IMG/VR virus record: IMGVR_UViG_3300047564_002353
Coordinates: 38,000-101,999 of that record
Length of the DNA: 64,000 nt
Reading direction: 5' to 3' (one strand)
From: a virus
Shown here: piece by piece, positions 9,937 through 19,425 of the stretch
Layout: every line of letters begins with the position of its first letter
Position numbering within the stretch: position 1 is the first letter of the stretch
The notes under the pieces: generated by a model
The model's input: the letters and a program-made list of their open reading frames with translations, nothing else
Database searches by the model: none
What the model was told of the DNA's origin: nothing
Made by a program: the position numbers and the translations under genes

Positions 9937-12900
9937 TTATGCGGTTACTCCGCCTGCATCTATGCTGCTTATTCCGCCGTAATTGCTGTCAGGAAAGCCG
10001 CCATCAAAATTTCCAAATGCTTCATTATTGCCTCCGCCGCCTCCGGTGCCATTAGTTCCTGCACTACCAGTATAACCCCTTGGCCCTTGAATTTGTCCTA
10101 CATCTATCCAGCCTGCTACAGTCCACACCCAAAGATGAAAATTATCTTGTGCAGTATATGCGTCACCATAACTACCTTGATACGAAGGATTTAGATTTGC
10201 ACTTGTAGCCACCGTTCCTAAGATAGTTACACTGGTGCCATCTGCTCCTCGGCTACCAGTATATCCAGTAAATCCACGTAATCCTATACCAGTTTCACCT
10301 TTACTACCAGTATATCCTAAAGCTGCATATTCTCCTGGTATACCTTGACTACCTGTATATCCGCCACTACCTGTAAATCCACGACTACCTGTAAATCCAT
10401 TTAATCCATCTAATCCACGACTACCTGTATAACCTTGACTGCCAGTATATCCTCTTGAACCAGAAAATCCTGTGCTACCTAGTTCACCTTGACTACCAGT
10501 AAATCCAATACTACCTTGACTACCAGTAAATCCAATACTACCTTGACTGCCTACATAGCCAACACTACCAGTAAATCCGACTGCACCTCTGCTTCCGGTA
10601 AAGCCTGTAGTACCTTGACTACCTGCATAACCTATATCGCCTCGACTGCCTACGAATCCAGTGTTTCCTTGACTACCTACGAATCCAGTGTTTCCTTGAC
10701 TACCAGAGTAACCAATAATTCCTTGTGGGCCTTCAGGTCCTCTAACTACCCCTACATCATTCCATTGTGACCCGGACCAAATATGCAAGTGGCCGTCATC
10801 GCTAGTAATATAACCGTCGCCTGTTGTTCCATTATATGTAATTGGTAGAGCAGAATATGTAGCTACTGATCCTACAATTGTAACACTAGTACCGTCTAAT
10901 CCTCGACTACCTGTATAACCTTGACTACCTGTATAACCTTGACTACCTACATAACCAATATCACCTTGTGATCCAATATATCCAACATCGCCTCGACTAC
11001 CAATAAATCCAGAAATTCCTTGACTGCCTGTATATCCGATATCTCCTTTACTTCCGGTAAATCCAATAATACCTTGACTACCAGTGTAACCTAAATCACC
11101 TCGACTACCAGTGTAACCAATATTACCTTGACTTCCAGTATAACCTTGACTACCAGTAAATCCAATACTACCTTGACTGCCTACAAATCCAATGTCGCCT
11201 TTGCTTCCAGTATAACCTTGACTACCACGACTACCTACAAATCCAATATCACCTTGACTACCAGTGTAACCTATATCTCCTTGACTACCAGTGTAACCAC
11301 GACTACCAGTAAATCCAATAATACCTTGACTGCCTGTATATCCGATAACACCTTGACTACCAGTAAATCCTATTGATCCAGAATACCCTTGTATACCTTG
11401 ACTGCCTGTATGGCCAATAGGTCCTTGTAATCCAGTTGGTCCTCTAACTAATCCTACATCATTCCACTGCGATCCAGACCATATATGTAAATGGCCGTCA
11501 TCGCTAGTAATATATCCATCACCTATTGATCCGTTATATGCAATTGGCAAGTTAGATTCTGTAGATACTGATCCTACAATCGTAACGCTAGTTCCGTCGT
11601 TACCTCTACTACCTGTATAGCCGATATTGCCTTGACTACCTGTATAACCATAGCTACCTGTATAACCTCTACTACCTGTATAGCCGATATTACCCTGACT
11701 ACCTGTATAGCCGATATTACCCTGACTACCTGTGTAACCAAATGATCCAGTAAATCCAATATTACCTTGACTACCTACGAATCCAGTAATCCCTTGACTA
11801 CCTGTGTATCCAATATCACCTTGACTACCTGTGTATCCAACCTCTCCCTTACTTCCAGTAAATCCAATAACACCTTGACTACCTGTATAGCCGATAACAC
11901 CTTGACTACCTATATAACCAGTGCTTCCAGTAAATCCAATATCGCCTCGGCTACCAGTAAATCCAGTAAATCCAACACTACCAGTAAATCCAGAAATACC
12001 TTGACTACCTGTATATCCAATATCGCCTTTACTGCCAGTAAATCCAATGTCTCCCTGACTACCAGAATAACCAATGACACCTCGGCTACCAGTAAATCCA
12101 GTAAATCCAACACTACCAGTAAATCCGATATCTCCTTTACTTCCGGTAAATCCAATAATACCTTGACTACCTGTATAACCGATGTCACCTTGACTTCCAG
12201 AATAACCAATATTACCTTGACTTCCAGAATAACCAATAGGTCCTTGCGGACCCTCAGGTCCTCTAACTAATCCTACATCATTCCACTGCGAACCTGACCA
12301 AATATGTAAGTGGCCGTCATTAGCAGTAATATATCCGTCACCTATTGAACCATTGTAAGAATTAGGAAGTTGATTTTGACTACTTACACTTCCAATTATA
12401 GTAACACTAGTTCCGTCTGAACCACGACTACCAGTAAATCCAACACTACCAGTATATCCAATAACACCTTGACTACCTACATAACCAATATCGCCTCGAC
12501 TACCTGTAAATCCAGTAATGCCTCGACTACCAGTATAACCGACTGATCCAATAAATCCTATGCTACCAGTATAACCAATATTACCTTGACTACCAGTATA
12601 GCCAATATCGCCTTGACTACCTATGTAACCAATATTACCTTGACTGCCAGTATAGCCGATATCTCCTTGACTGCCAGTATATCCGATATCTCCTTGACTA
12701 CCTACATAACCCGTATCGCCTTGACTACCTGTGTAACCAAATGATCCAGTAAATCCAATATTACCTTGACTACCTGTGTAACCGAATGATCCAGTAAATC
12801 CAATATTACCTTGACTACCTGTATAACCTTGACTACCTGTGTATCCTGTAGCACCAATACTACCAGTGTATCCAGTAGTGCCTCGACTACCAGTATAACC

Positions 12901-14454
12901 AATACTACCTGTGTAACCAATACTACCAGTATATCCAGTAATACCTTGACTACCTACAAATCCGATGTCTCCTTGAGGTCCAACGATTTGTCCTACATTA
13001 GTCCAACTACTACCAGTCCATACTTGTAGATTTTGTCCAACAATATAAGCATCACCTATGCCTGCGGAATTTTCTAATTGATTTAGATTATCTGCTTTTC
13101 CTAGTATTCTAACACTGGTACCATCTGCTCCTCGACTACCTACGAATCCAGCGATACCTTGACTACCAGTAAAGCCTATTCCTTGACTACCAGTATAACC
13201 AATAGCTACATTATAAAGTTGTTCGGATTGACCTCCAGCGTTTACTACCATTTCTAAGGCGCCAGTTGAACTGTTACGTCTTAAAATAATTTTAGAATTT
13301 TCTTCTCCAAACACAAACTCTGATGCTCTAACAGATACTAGGCCGCTGTTTGCATCTCTAAAAATAACGTTTCCATCATTGTCAACATTAATAGTAGTGC
13401 CATCGATATCAATAGTTTGATTGGTTACATATAAAGATTTAAATCTATAACTTGGGCTACCTAGATCATATAATCCATTTGCATCAGGTATCAGATCTCC
13501 TGGTATACTAGTAGTTCCTACTTGATCATACAGTAAAGCATTCTGAGTCGAGATAGTAAGTATTTTATAAGGGTCGCCTTCGGCGTCAGTAGTAATTGCT
13601 ATACCTTGCCCTGAACTAATTGTAAGAGTATCTAATCCGCTTGCTACTAAATCTTCTTGCCCTGCTACTTTTAGTGTTTTAAAAGTAGAGTTCATTGCTA
13701 TTTTAGCAGCACCTGATCCTAAATCTGAAACTGCAAAGCCGCTGTCATTATCAAACCTTAAGGTGTTAATATTAGTTAAGGTGTTAGAAATTTCATTGGC
13801 TGTGTTTATTTCACTTATCGTTAAACTAGAACCTACACCAGCTGAACCGGTGTATCCAGTAACTCCTGCACTACCTGTATAGCCAACTCCTTGACTACCA
13901 GTATAACCAGCACCTGCACTACCTGTATAGCCAATATCACCTTTATTACCCTGATCTCCTTTATCTCCCTTATTACCTTTTAAGTTTCCGGTAACATGAG
14001 TATTTTCAACACCATAGGATAAAGTTAAAGTTCCGTCTTCGTTACTTGAAATATCAGTTATACCAACACCAGATTCACCTTGACTGCCTGTGTAACCAAT
14101 ACTGCCTTGACTGCCTGTATAACCTATACCTGCACTACCAGTAAAGCCTCGTGGTCCTGATCCGTCACCTCCGCCGACAGTAAACCAATCAGGCGCTGAA
14201 CCATCATCATAATAAATGCTTAATTCGTTAGTATCAGGATTGTACCAAATGGTACCGTTGGAAGGTTCTTGAGGTTCAGTATTGCTAATTGTAGTAACAG
14301 AGTTACCGCCTATTGGAAGACCGCCAAGAGTTGCGCCGTCACTTAGACGTAGTTCTCCTGTTTCTACATTGAAGAATATGTTGCCTTCCTCGCCAACGAA
14401 CGATTCTATATCGTTTTTGACAAGTCCAGCTTTGATTTTACGGAAAAATGCCAC
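9937..14454 (-). CDS. Very long collagen-like fibre protein
   Basis: Hundreds of Gly-X-Y triplets interrupted by about five small DGTSVTI.G...GD.Y.....HLHIW.G..W.DVG.VRGP knuckle domains. Confidence 0.85.
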   Translation of the reverse strand: MAFFRKIKAGLVKNDIESFVGEEGNIFFNVETGELRLSDGATLGGLPIGGNSVTTISNTEPQEPSNGTIWYNPDTNELSIYYDDGSAPDWFTVGGGDGSGPRGFTGSAGIGYTGSQGSIGYTGSQGESGVGITDISSNEDGTLTLSYGVENTHVTGNLKGNKGDKGDQGNKGDIGYTGSAGAGYTGSQGVGYTGSAGVTGYTGSAGVGSSLTISEINTANEISNTLTNINTLRFDNDSGFAVSDLGSGAAKIAMNSTFKTLKVAGQEDLVASGLDTLTISSGQGIAITTDAEGDPYKILTISTQNALLYDQVGTTSIPGDLIPDANGLYDLGSPSYRFKSLYVTNQTIDIDGTTINVDNDGNVIFRDANSGLVSVRASEFVFGEENSKIILRRNSSTGALEMVVNAGGQSEQLYNVAIGYTGSQGIGFTGSQGIAGFVGSRGADGTSVRILGKADNLNQLENSAGIGDAYIVGQNLQVWTGSSWTNVGQIVGPQGDIGFVGSQGITGYTGSIGYTGSIGYTGSRGTTGYTGSIGATGYTGSQGYTGSQGNIGFTGSFGYTGSQGNIGFTGSFGYTGSQGDTGYVGSQGDIGYTGSQGDIGYTGSQGNIGYIGSQGDIGYTGSQGNIGYTGSIGFIGSVGYTGSRGITGFTGSRGDIGYVGSQGVIGYTGSVGFTGSRGSDGTSVTIIGSVSSQNQLPNSYNGSIGDGYITANDGHLHIWSGSQWNDVGLVRGPEGPQGPIGYSGSQGNIGYSGSQGDIGYTGSQGIIGFTGSKGDIGFTGSVGFTGFTGSRGVIGYSGSQGDIGFTGSKGDIGYTGSQGISGFTGSVGFTGFTGSRGDIGFTGSTGYIGSQGVIGYTGSQGVIGFTGSKGEVGYTGSQGDIGYTGSQGITGFVGSQGNIGFTGSFGYTGSQGNIGYTGSQGNIGYTGSRGYTGSYGYTGSQGNIGYTGSRGNDGTSVTIVGSVSTESNLPIAYNGSIGDGYITSDDGHLHIWSGSQWNDVGLVRGPTGLQGPIGHTGSQGIQGYSGSIGFTGSQGVIGYTGSQGIIGFTGSRGYTGSQGDIGYTGSQGDIGFVGSRGSQGYTGSKGDIGFVGSQGSIGFTGSQGYTGSQGNIGYTGSRGDLGYTGSQGIIGFTGSKGDIGYTGSQGISGFIGSRGDVGYIGSQGDIGYVGSQGYTGSQGYTGSRGLDGTSVTIVGSVATYSALPITYNGTTGDGYITSDDGHLHIWSGSQWNDVGVVRGPEGPQGIIGYSGSQGNTGFVGSQGNTGFVGSRGDIGYAGSQGTTGFTGSRGAVGFTGSVGYVGSQGSIGFTGSQGSIGFTGSQGELGSTGFSGSRGYTGSQGYTGSRGLDGLNGFTGSRGFTGSGGYTGSQGIPGEYAALGYTGSKGETGIGLRGFTGYTGSRGADGTSVTILGTVATSANLNPSYQGSYGDAYTAQDNFHLWVWTVAGWIDVGQIQGPRGYTGSAGTNGTGGGGGNNEAFGNFDGGFPDSNYGGISSIDAGGVTA
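10060..13205 (-). repeat. Intragenic 9/18/27-bp tandem repeats (GYTGSQGDI coding units)
   Basis: ccttgactacctgtata-like units repeated dozens of times; also at 5930-6560 and 6940-7125. Confidence 0.9.
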
Positions 14455-14489
14455 ACTAAATCCCTTAATTTAGTGTATTTATTGGTTTC

Positions 14490-14747
14490 TTACTTTTGAA
14501 AAATTGGGTTATTAGGATTTGGTTCTTCTTCATCTTGTGTAAGATCTTTAATTATTGGACTATCTTTGCCCATTTCGGCTTTCTTCATCTCAATATCTTG
14601 TTGCAAGGGAGGAACCATTACAGGATTGTCTTTGAGTTCGGTTGGATCTCTAGCATCATCGGCGCCAGGCATATCAATTTCTGGATCTCCATCTCCATTA
14701 ATTTTTATAGTTATTGGAACATTGATAACAAATTCTCTAGCTCTCAT
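14490..14747 (-). CDS. Hypothetical late protein (MRAREF N-terminus)
   Basis: TAAATA at 14766-14771 and GGAG RBS. Confidence 0.65.
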   Translation of the reverse strand: MRAREFVINVPITIKINGDGDPEIDMPGADDARDPTELKDNPVMVPPLQQDIEMKKAEMGKDSPIIKDLTQDEEEPNPNNPIFQK

Positions 14748-14815
14748 GCAAATTCTCCGTATTTTTATTTATCGTTATAATTGACTAAAATAATAAAAGG
14801 GCATATAATGTAGCT

Positions 14816-15115
14816 ATGAAATATAAACCTGGTGAATCAATCGAAGAATGGGCAGATCGTGTTCGCATGTTCGAGTACGGTGAAGCTATTAAACAAATTG
14901 CAAATGGCCAAGATGTTAATGTAGTCATGGAAGCCATGAGCGTTCGAATCATGGAAAAAATAAAGTACCCATTACTTAAACAAATTAAAGAATGGGGCAC
15001 TTCAACTTATGATGCCACTGTAGCTAAAGAAAACTATAAAAAGAATTATTTAGATAAAACTCGACCAGTGGCAGATCATATGAACGATGTAGACGACCCA
15101 AATTATACTACTTGA
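14816..15115 (+). CDS. Stand-alone glutamyl-tRNA reductase dimerisation-domain-like protein
   Basis: Helical pattern EAIKQIANGQDVNVVMEAMSVRIMEKIKYP resembles the HemA C-terminus; TTGACT...TATAAT promoter upstream. Confidence 0.45.
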   Translation: MKYKPGESIEEWADRVRMFEYGEAIKQIANGQDVNVVMEAMSVRIMEKIKYPLLKQIKEWGTSTYDATVAKENYKKNYLDKTRPVADHMNDVDDPNYTT

Positions 15116-15333
15116 GCTAACCCATAGATAGCATATACTAACATGGTTTTAGTATGCATATCATCTGCTTCGCTATCTAAAACATCAGTTCGAACTAAAT
15201 CTTCTAATAGTTCTTTATATTCATCAGTAGACATATTACCTTGTGCATATTGTTCTTGTAACTGAAGAGCCATTTGCGCTCTTTGTGCTACCCAAGGCTT
15301 ATCACTTTGTGCTAATTGATATAAATCGCTCAC
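15103..15333 (-). CDS. Hypothetical protein
   Basis: 76 aa helical ORF coupled to the lipoprotein gene. Confidence 0.6.
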   Translation of the reverse strand: MSDLYQLAQSDKPWVAQRAQMALQLQEQYAQGNMSTDEYKELLEDLVRTDVLDSEADDMHTKTMLVYAIYGLAQVV

Positions 15334-15717
15334 TTAAAATCTCCCTAATACGGCTTTCGCCACTGTACCACTTTGTGCATCTAACACTTTTTTCTTCATA
15401 TTACAATACGCTTCACTTCCCTGTTTAGTCATGCTACGATCATAAAAGTCATTAACAGTTTCATTCATTGGTTTTACTAAACGCAATACATCTCTAGTGT
15501 CTTTAACTTGGCTGTAAATGATTAGCCAATCCATATGTTTCTTAATCACTGCTACTTGCGGTGCGTGAGGTTCTTTGCAATCTAAATCTAATACACTTTG
15601 TCTAATGTCTATTACTGCACGACTTTGATTGTCATCCCAAAAGCTAGGTATTTTATCTTTAATTGTACTACAGCCCACTAATAATACAACAAGTAGACTG
15701 GCTGCTATTTTACGCAT
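15334..15717 (-). CDS. Putative lipoprotein
   Basis: Signal peptide with lipobox LVGC. Confidence 0.65.
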   Translation of the reverse strand: MRKIAASLLVVLLVGCSTIKDKIPSFWDDNQSRAVIDIRQSVLDLDCKEPHAPQVAVIKKHMDWLIIYSQVKDTRDVLRLVKPMNETVNDFYDRSMTKQGSEAYCNMKKKVLDAQSGTVAKAVLGRF

Positions 15718-15772
15718 TAATGTTCTCCGTATGGTATTACAGGACGATCATCGTCTGTATTATCTGGACCAA

Positions 15773-16213
15773 TTAGTTGCACCATGATTGTTTAGCTTCT
15801 CCATAATATTCACGAGCAAACCCGTTAGCAATTAATTGAGCACGTAGGCTTTGGCCATCTAGAATGATATCACCTAGCACACGACCACCAAACTTATCCC
15901 AACCATAGATAACAACAAAACGTTGTACACTTCTTGCAACTAATTGTGTGGTAAATTTAGTGGCCATTGCACCACGCTCTGCTTCACTAGGACACTGAGC
16001 ACGATGGCCTTTTTCTGGTGTATCTACACCGTAGACTCGAATTGCTAACTGTGGTTTGATTGGTGCTGGAAGATATGGTGCAGCAATAACAACTGTATCG
16101 CCATCTGTGACTTTTAGAATCTGTGCTTCGTAAGTTACACCTTGTGGTGTTTTTTGTGCAAAAGCAAATAACGGTAATACTGCGAGTAATAATAGTAGTT
16201 TTTTCATAAACAC
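15773..16213 (-). CDS. Secreted thermonuclease (SNase-like)
   Basis: Signal peptide; VTDGDT, IRVYGVDTPE, DKFGGRVLG, LIANGFAR motifs. Confidence 0.9.
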   Translation of the reverse strand: MFMKKLLLLLAVLPLFAFAQKTPQGVTYEAQILKVTDGDTVVIAAPYLPAPIKPQLAIRVYGVDTPEKGHRAQCPSEAERGAMATKFTTQLVARSVQRFVVIYGWDKFGGRVLGDIILDGQSLRAQLIANGFAREYYGEAKQSWCN

Positions 16214-16227
16214 TCCTTTCAGAGTAT

Positions 16228-16635
16228 TTACTTAAACCAGCCTATTTTTTCTCCATTGTCTTTACGACGCTGCCACTCCTCTACACTATTAGGATATCTC
16301 CAAGCCCACACAGCCACTAGGGCCATTGTAATAGCTGTATAGATCACGCCCTTAATTGGAACTGTAAATGCCATAAAGATCAAACTACTGCTCATTACCA
16401 GTAGCATAGCATATTTGCCTTTTTGAGGGAACACACGCTTTTCTCCCCAATTGGTTAGGAAAGGACCAAATCTAGGATGATTGTACAACCACTTGTGCAT
16501 TCTGTCGCTGCTCTTACTAAAGCAATACGCAGCTCCTACTAAGAATATACTAAATGGTATGCCTGGTGTTACTAGACCAATGTAGGCCATTACCAAGCAT
16601 AACCATCCAAGTATAAAAAAGAAAAGTTTTTTCAT
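16228..16635 (-). CDS. YbaN/DUF454 family inner membrane protein
   Basis: GLVTPGIPFSIFLVGAAYCFSKSS.RMH.WL..HP.FGP.L..W. Confidence 0.85.
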   Translation of the reverse strand: MKKLFFFILGWLCLVMAYIGLVTPGIPFSIFLVGAAYCFSKSSDRMHKWLYNHPRFGPFLTNWGEKRVFPQKGKYAMLLVMSSSLIFMAFTVPIKGVIYTAITMALVAVWAWRYPNSVEEWQRRKDNGEKIGWFK

Positions 16636-17144
16636 TGTAGATATTCTAACCAAGCCGGATCTCTGACTTGAAATGGCAAACTTTTACGTTTGTTAACAAG
16701 TTCATAATAACTAGGCTTATAAGGCTTGATTCTAGGCTTAGTTTTAGTACTGTTACTTTTACGAGCATTACAAGGTCCACAGGCTGTTACGCTGTTATCC
16801 CAAACACTCTTGCCACCCAAACTGATTGGATGTACATGATCCAATGTACAATCTTTTTTAGTTAAGCCAGTTCCACAATATTGGCAAGTATATAAATCTC
16901 TTAAGAATACATTGCCTTTACTAAAGCGAACAGCAGCTTTTGGCTTCATGTAATCTTTGAGCATGATGATGCTGGGAACTTGTGTTTCCCAACGAGCACT
17001 ACGCACGATCCAATTCTCATGCCAAGCTAATACGTGGGCCTTATCTAGGACCATGTATCGAATGGATTCTTGCCAATCGCATACACTCAAAGGAATGATG
17101 CTAACTGGTGCGCCATCTGCATTAAGAATAAGGGTATCTGACAT
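16632..17144 (-). CDS. HNH endonuclease (McrA-like)
   Basis: RDLYTCQYCG...TLDHVHP.S.GG...W.N.VTACGPCNARK. Confidence 0.9.
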   Translation of the reverse strand: MSDTLILNADGAPVSIIPLSVCDWQESIRYMVLDKAHVLAWHENWIVRSARWETQVPSIIMLKDYMKPKAAVRFSKGNVFLRDLYTCQYCGTGLTKKDCTLDHVHPISLGGKSVWDNSVTACGPCNARKSNSTKTKPRIKPYKPSYYELVNKRKSLPFQVRDPAWLEYLQ

Positions 17145-17197
17145 TTTTATTAAATTTTAGGGGTTGTACAGATTATATTATATAATCAAATACAAAA

Positions 17198-17746
17198 TTA
17201 TTCAAGTATCGTTTGAGCGAATTCTCGGGAAGAACGTTCGATTGATGATGTCCACTGTTCAGATGAATTTAGCTCAAACACTAAATTTCTTGAAGATGAC
17301 GCTATCAACCAACTTGTGTCATGATTGTAACCATTCACTCCTTGAATTTCAGAATTTAATTGATTTGGAGCCCATGCACATAATCCTGCAAAAATTCTCC
17401 AAAATTTTGGTTTATCGCCAATAGAAAATCTATAGAGTAAATCTGAACTGCTACTTAGACAAAAACGATCATTGATGTTTAAAGTATTACCACATTCCCA
17501 TTCTGAACTATGCAATACTGTCAATGCATTTACACTTACAGGACCGCCTACATATATGAAACCTGGAACATCGCTGTCCACACCATGTTGTGCAGAAAAC
17601 TCTTTAATGCTCATTTTGCTAGATTTATTTAAGACTAAACCAATACTTCCTCTGTCATGGTCTTCAGTTATAAAGATAACTGTTTTACTCCAAAAATTAC
17701 CTCTTACTGTTGGAGGAGCAATTAAAAGTTTTCCTGTTAAACTCAT
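17198..17746 (-). CDS. YqgE/AlgH family protein (DUF179)
   Basis: GKLLIA.P...F..TVI......GSIGLVLN, GGPV, G...WAP.QL..EI...W. Confidence 0.85.
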   Translation of the reverse strand: MSLTGKLLIAPPTVRGNFWSKTVIFITEDHDRGSIGLVLNKSSKMSIKEFSAQHGVDSDVPGFIYVGGPVSVNALTVLHSSEWECGNTLNINDRFCLSSSSDLLYRFSIGDKPKFWRIFAGLCAWAPNQLNSEIQGVNGYNHDTSWLIASSSRNLVFELNSSEQWTSSIERSSREFAQTILE

Positions 17747-19137
17747 GCCATTGATTGTATTTGTGAAAGTCTATTATCCACAGCAGCAACAGATATGCCA
17801 GCTTTGTTAGATCCTACTTTGTCATACCAGCTACGGCCGCCTCGACTTGGCGCTGGGAAACTGGCAAATTCCTGAGCAAGTCTATCCATAAATCTTTTAT
17901 TATCAATTCTTCCTGCAAGCCAATCATCTAATTGTCTTACACTACGTAATCTATATATGATTAATTTATCTTGATTTGCAGGACTAAATTTTTCTTTATT
18001 AGGATTCATACCTAAACCTACAACACATTCTGCTAATGTGTTAGGCATAAATTGATAACGTCCCGATGCAGCAGTTTCCATTGGCTTACCAGTAATTTTT
18101 CCTGCTTTGTAATCTCTTTGAAATTTAAAAAGTTCTGTGATAGTCATATCTAAAATCTCTGGATGTCGACGACTACCAAACATTATATCATAATGTCCTC
18201 GACTTTCAGGACCTGCAATAAGATCTAAGACTTCTCCTATTTTACCTTTAGTTACTGCATCATCAGCTAAATCAGGAAGTGTTGACTTTTCTGTAGTTGT
18301 TGTCGGAGTTTTTCTAGCAACTTGATTTGCATTAATCATGTCTAACATTTTAAATTCTTTTTCACCAAAGTTACTACCGCCACCTGCTAGTTCATAATCT
18401 TTCTTAAATGCAGCAACAGCTTTGGCTGTAAACGGACCATATTTGCCGTCGACTCCTGTTCTTCCTAAACTATATCCTAGAGTTTGTAATTCTGTTTGCA
18501 TTTTTATTACTTCGTCTTTGAATTCATTAGGGTATGGAGGACCTTGTTCTAATTCTAAAGAATTTTTAATTCTGTCTTTTACTCTTGGTGCACCTGGTTC
18601 TGAATCAGTTGTACCTAATCCTGGACTCGGTGTTGCTCCTGATAATACTTTATTAGAAGCATTTTTATAACCTGATGCATCTGCATGAACTCCATCTACT
18701 AATCTACTACCTTCTAAATCAACAATAGGAACTGATAAAGCTTGTTTAATCGCATCTCTTGTTTTTCTTCTAACCTCAGCGTTAGGTCTAGTACCTACTG
18801 GGAACAACAAATAAGTAACTTTTAATCCTTTGTTAGTTGCCGCATTTACTAATTGACTTACATTACCGGCAATTGTAGCAGGGTCAGGATTAGAAGCAAA
18901 TGTATCATTCGCTCCTACACTAATTAAGACAACACTGCCTTTTGGTATGTTATTGATTGCATTCATATGCATGGCGGCGGTTGAAGGAGTTCCATTCTTG
19001 CCTTTATTAGTCCAAGGGTTACCTGCATAGTTAGCCAGTCCAACTGCATGACTATCGCCCACTGTGTAATAACCTGTAGATCCTTCTTGATCTATTACCT
19101 TTTTTTCACTTAGAATCTTAAATTCGTTAAATCTCAT
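17743..19137 (-). CDS. SGNH hydrolase + peptidoglycan-binding + lambda-type lysozyme fusion
   Basis: GDS, GxND and DGVH (SGNH blocks); VDGKYGPFTAKAVAAFK (PG_binding_1); ESRGHY, AASGRYQF, FSPANQD (lysozyme-like). Confidence 0.8.
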   Translation of the reverse strand: MRFNEFKILSEKKVIDQEGSTGYYTVGDSHAVGLANYAGNPWTNKGKNGTPSTAAMHMNAINNIPKGSVVLISVGANDTFASNPDPATIAGNVSQLVNAATNKGLKVTYLLFPVGTRPNAEVRRKTRDAIKQALSVPIVDLEGSRLVDGVHADASGYKNASNKVLSGATPSPGLGTTDSEPGAPRVKDRIKNSLELEQGPPYPNEFKDEVIKMQTELQTLGYSLGRTGVDGKYGPFTAKAVAAFKKDYELAGGGSNFGEKEFKMLDMINANQVARKTPTTTTEKSTLPDLADDAVTKGKIGEVLDLIAGPESRGHYDIMFGSRRHPEILDMTITELFKFQRDYKAGKITGKPMETAASGRYQFMPNTLAECVVGLGMNPNKEKFSPANQDKLIIYRLRSVRQLDDWLAGRIDNKRFMDRLAQEFASFPAPSRGGRSWYDKVGSNKAGISVAAVDNRLSQIQSMA

Positions 19138-19409
19138 TGTCCCTTCCTTGTACCATAATCAGGTAATGGACCACCGTATTTCTTACCTTTGATTTTTTTG
19201 CCGCCAACAGTGATTCTTACTTTATTTCCAGAAGCACCAACTAAATGGCTTTTGTCGCCTTCTCTAGCACGAAGACCTTGACTCTTACAACTAGCAAGAT
19301 TACTAGCTCCTAGGTCTTGGTTAGGAGTGGTGCTTAGACAAAGCTTTCTACTAGCTCGTTCGTCTAAATCATCTAATTCTTCTTTATTAATAAAATCTGT
19401 AGTTTTCAT
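19134..19409 (-). CDS. Hypothetical basic late protein
   Basis: TAAATA at 19417-19422 just before the ATG. Confidence 0.6.
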   Translation of the reverse strand: MKTTDFINKEELDDLDERASRKLCLSTTPNQDLGASNLASCKSQGLRAREGDKSHLVGASGNKVRITVGGKKIKGKKYGGPLPDYGTRKGQ

Positions 19410-19425
19410 AATATACTATTTAACC

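Noticed and set aside
6021-13029. Overlapping Thr-rich and VVKVI-rich ORFs in other frames
   Set aside because: Shadow frames of the collagen-like repeats, with no RBS or independent signal
5900-13200. Regular DNA repeats resembling a CRISPR array
   Set aside because: They are in-frame Gly-X-Y coding repeats without unique spacers, and no cas genes are present
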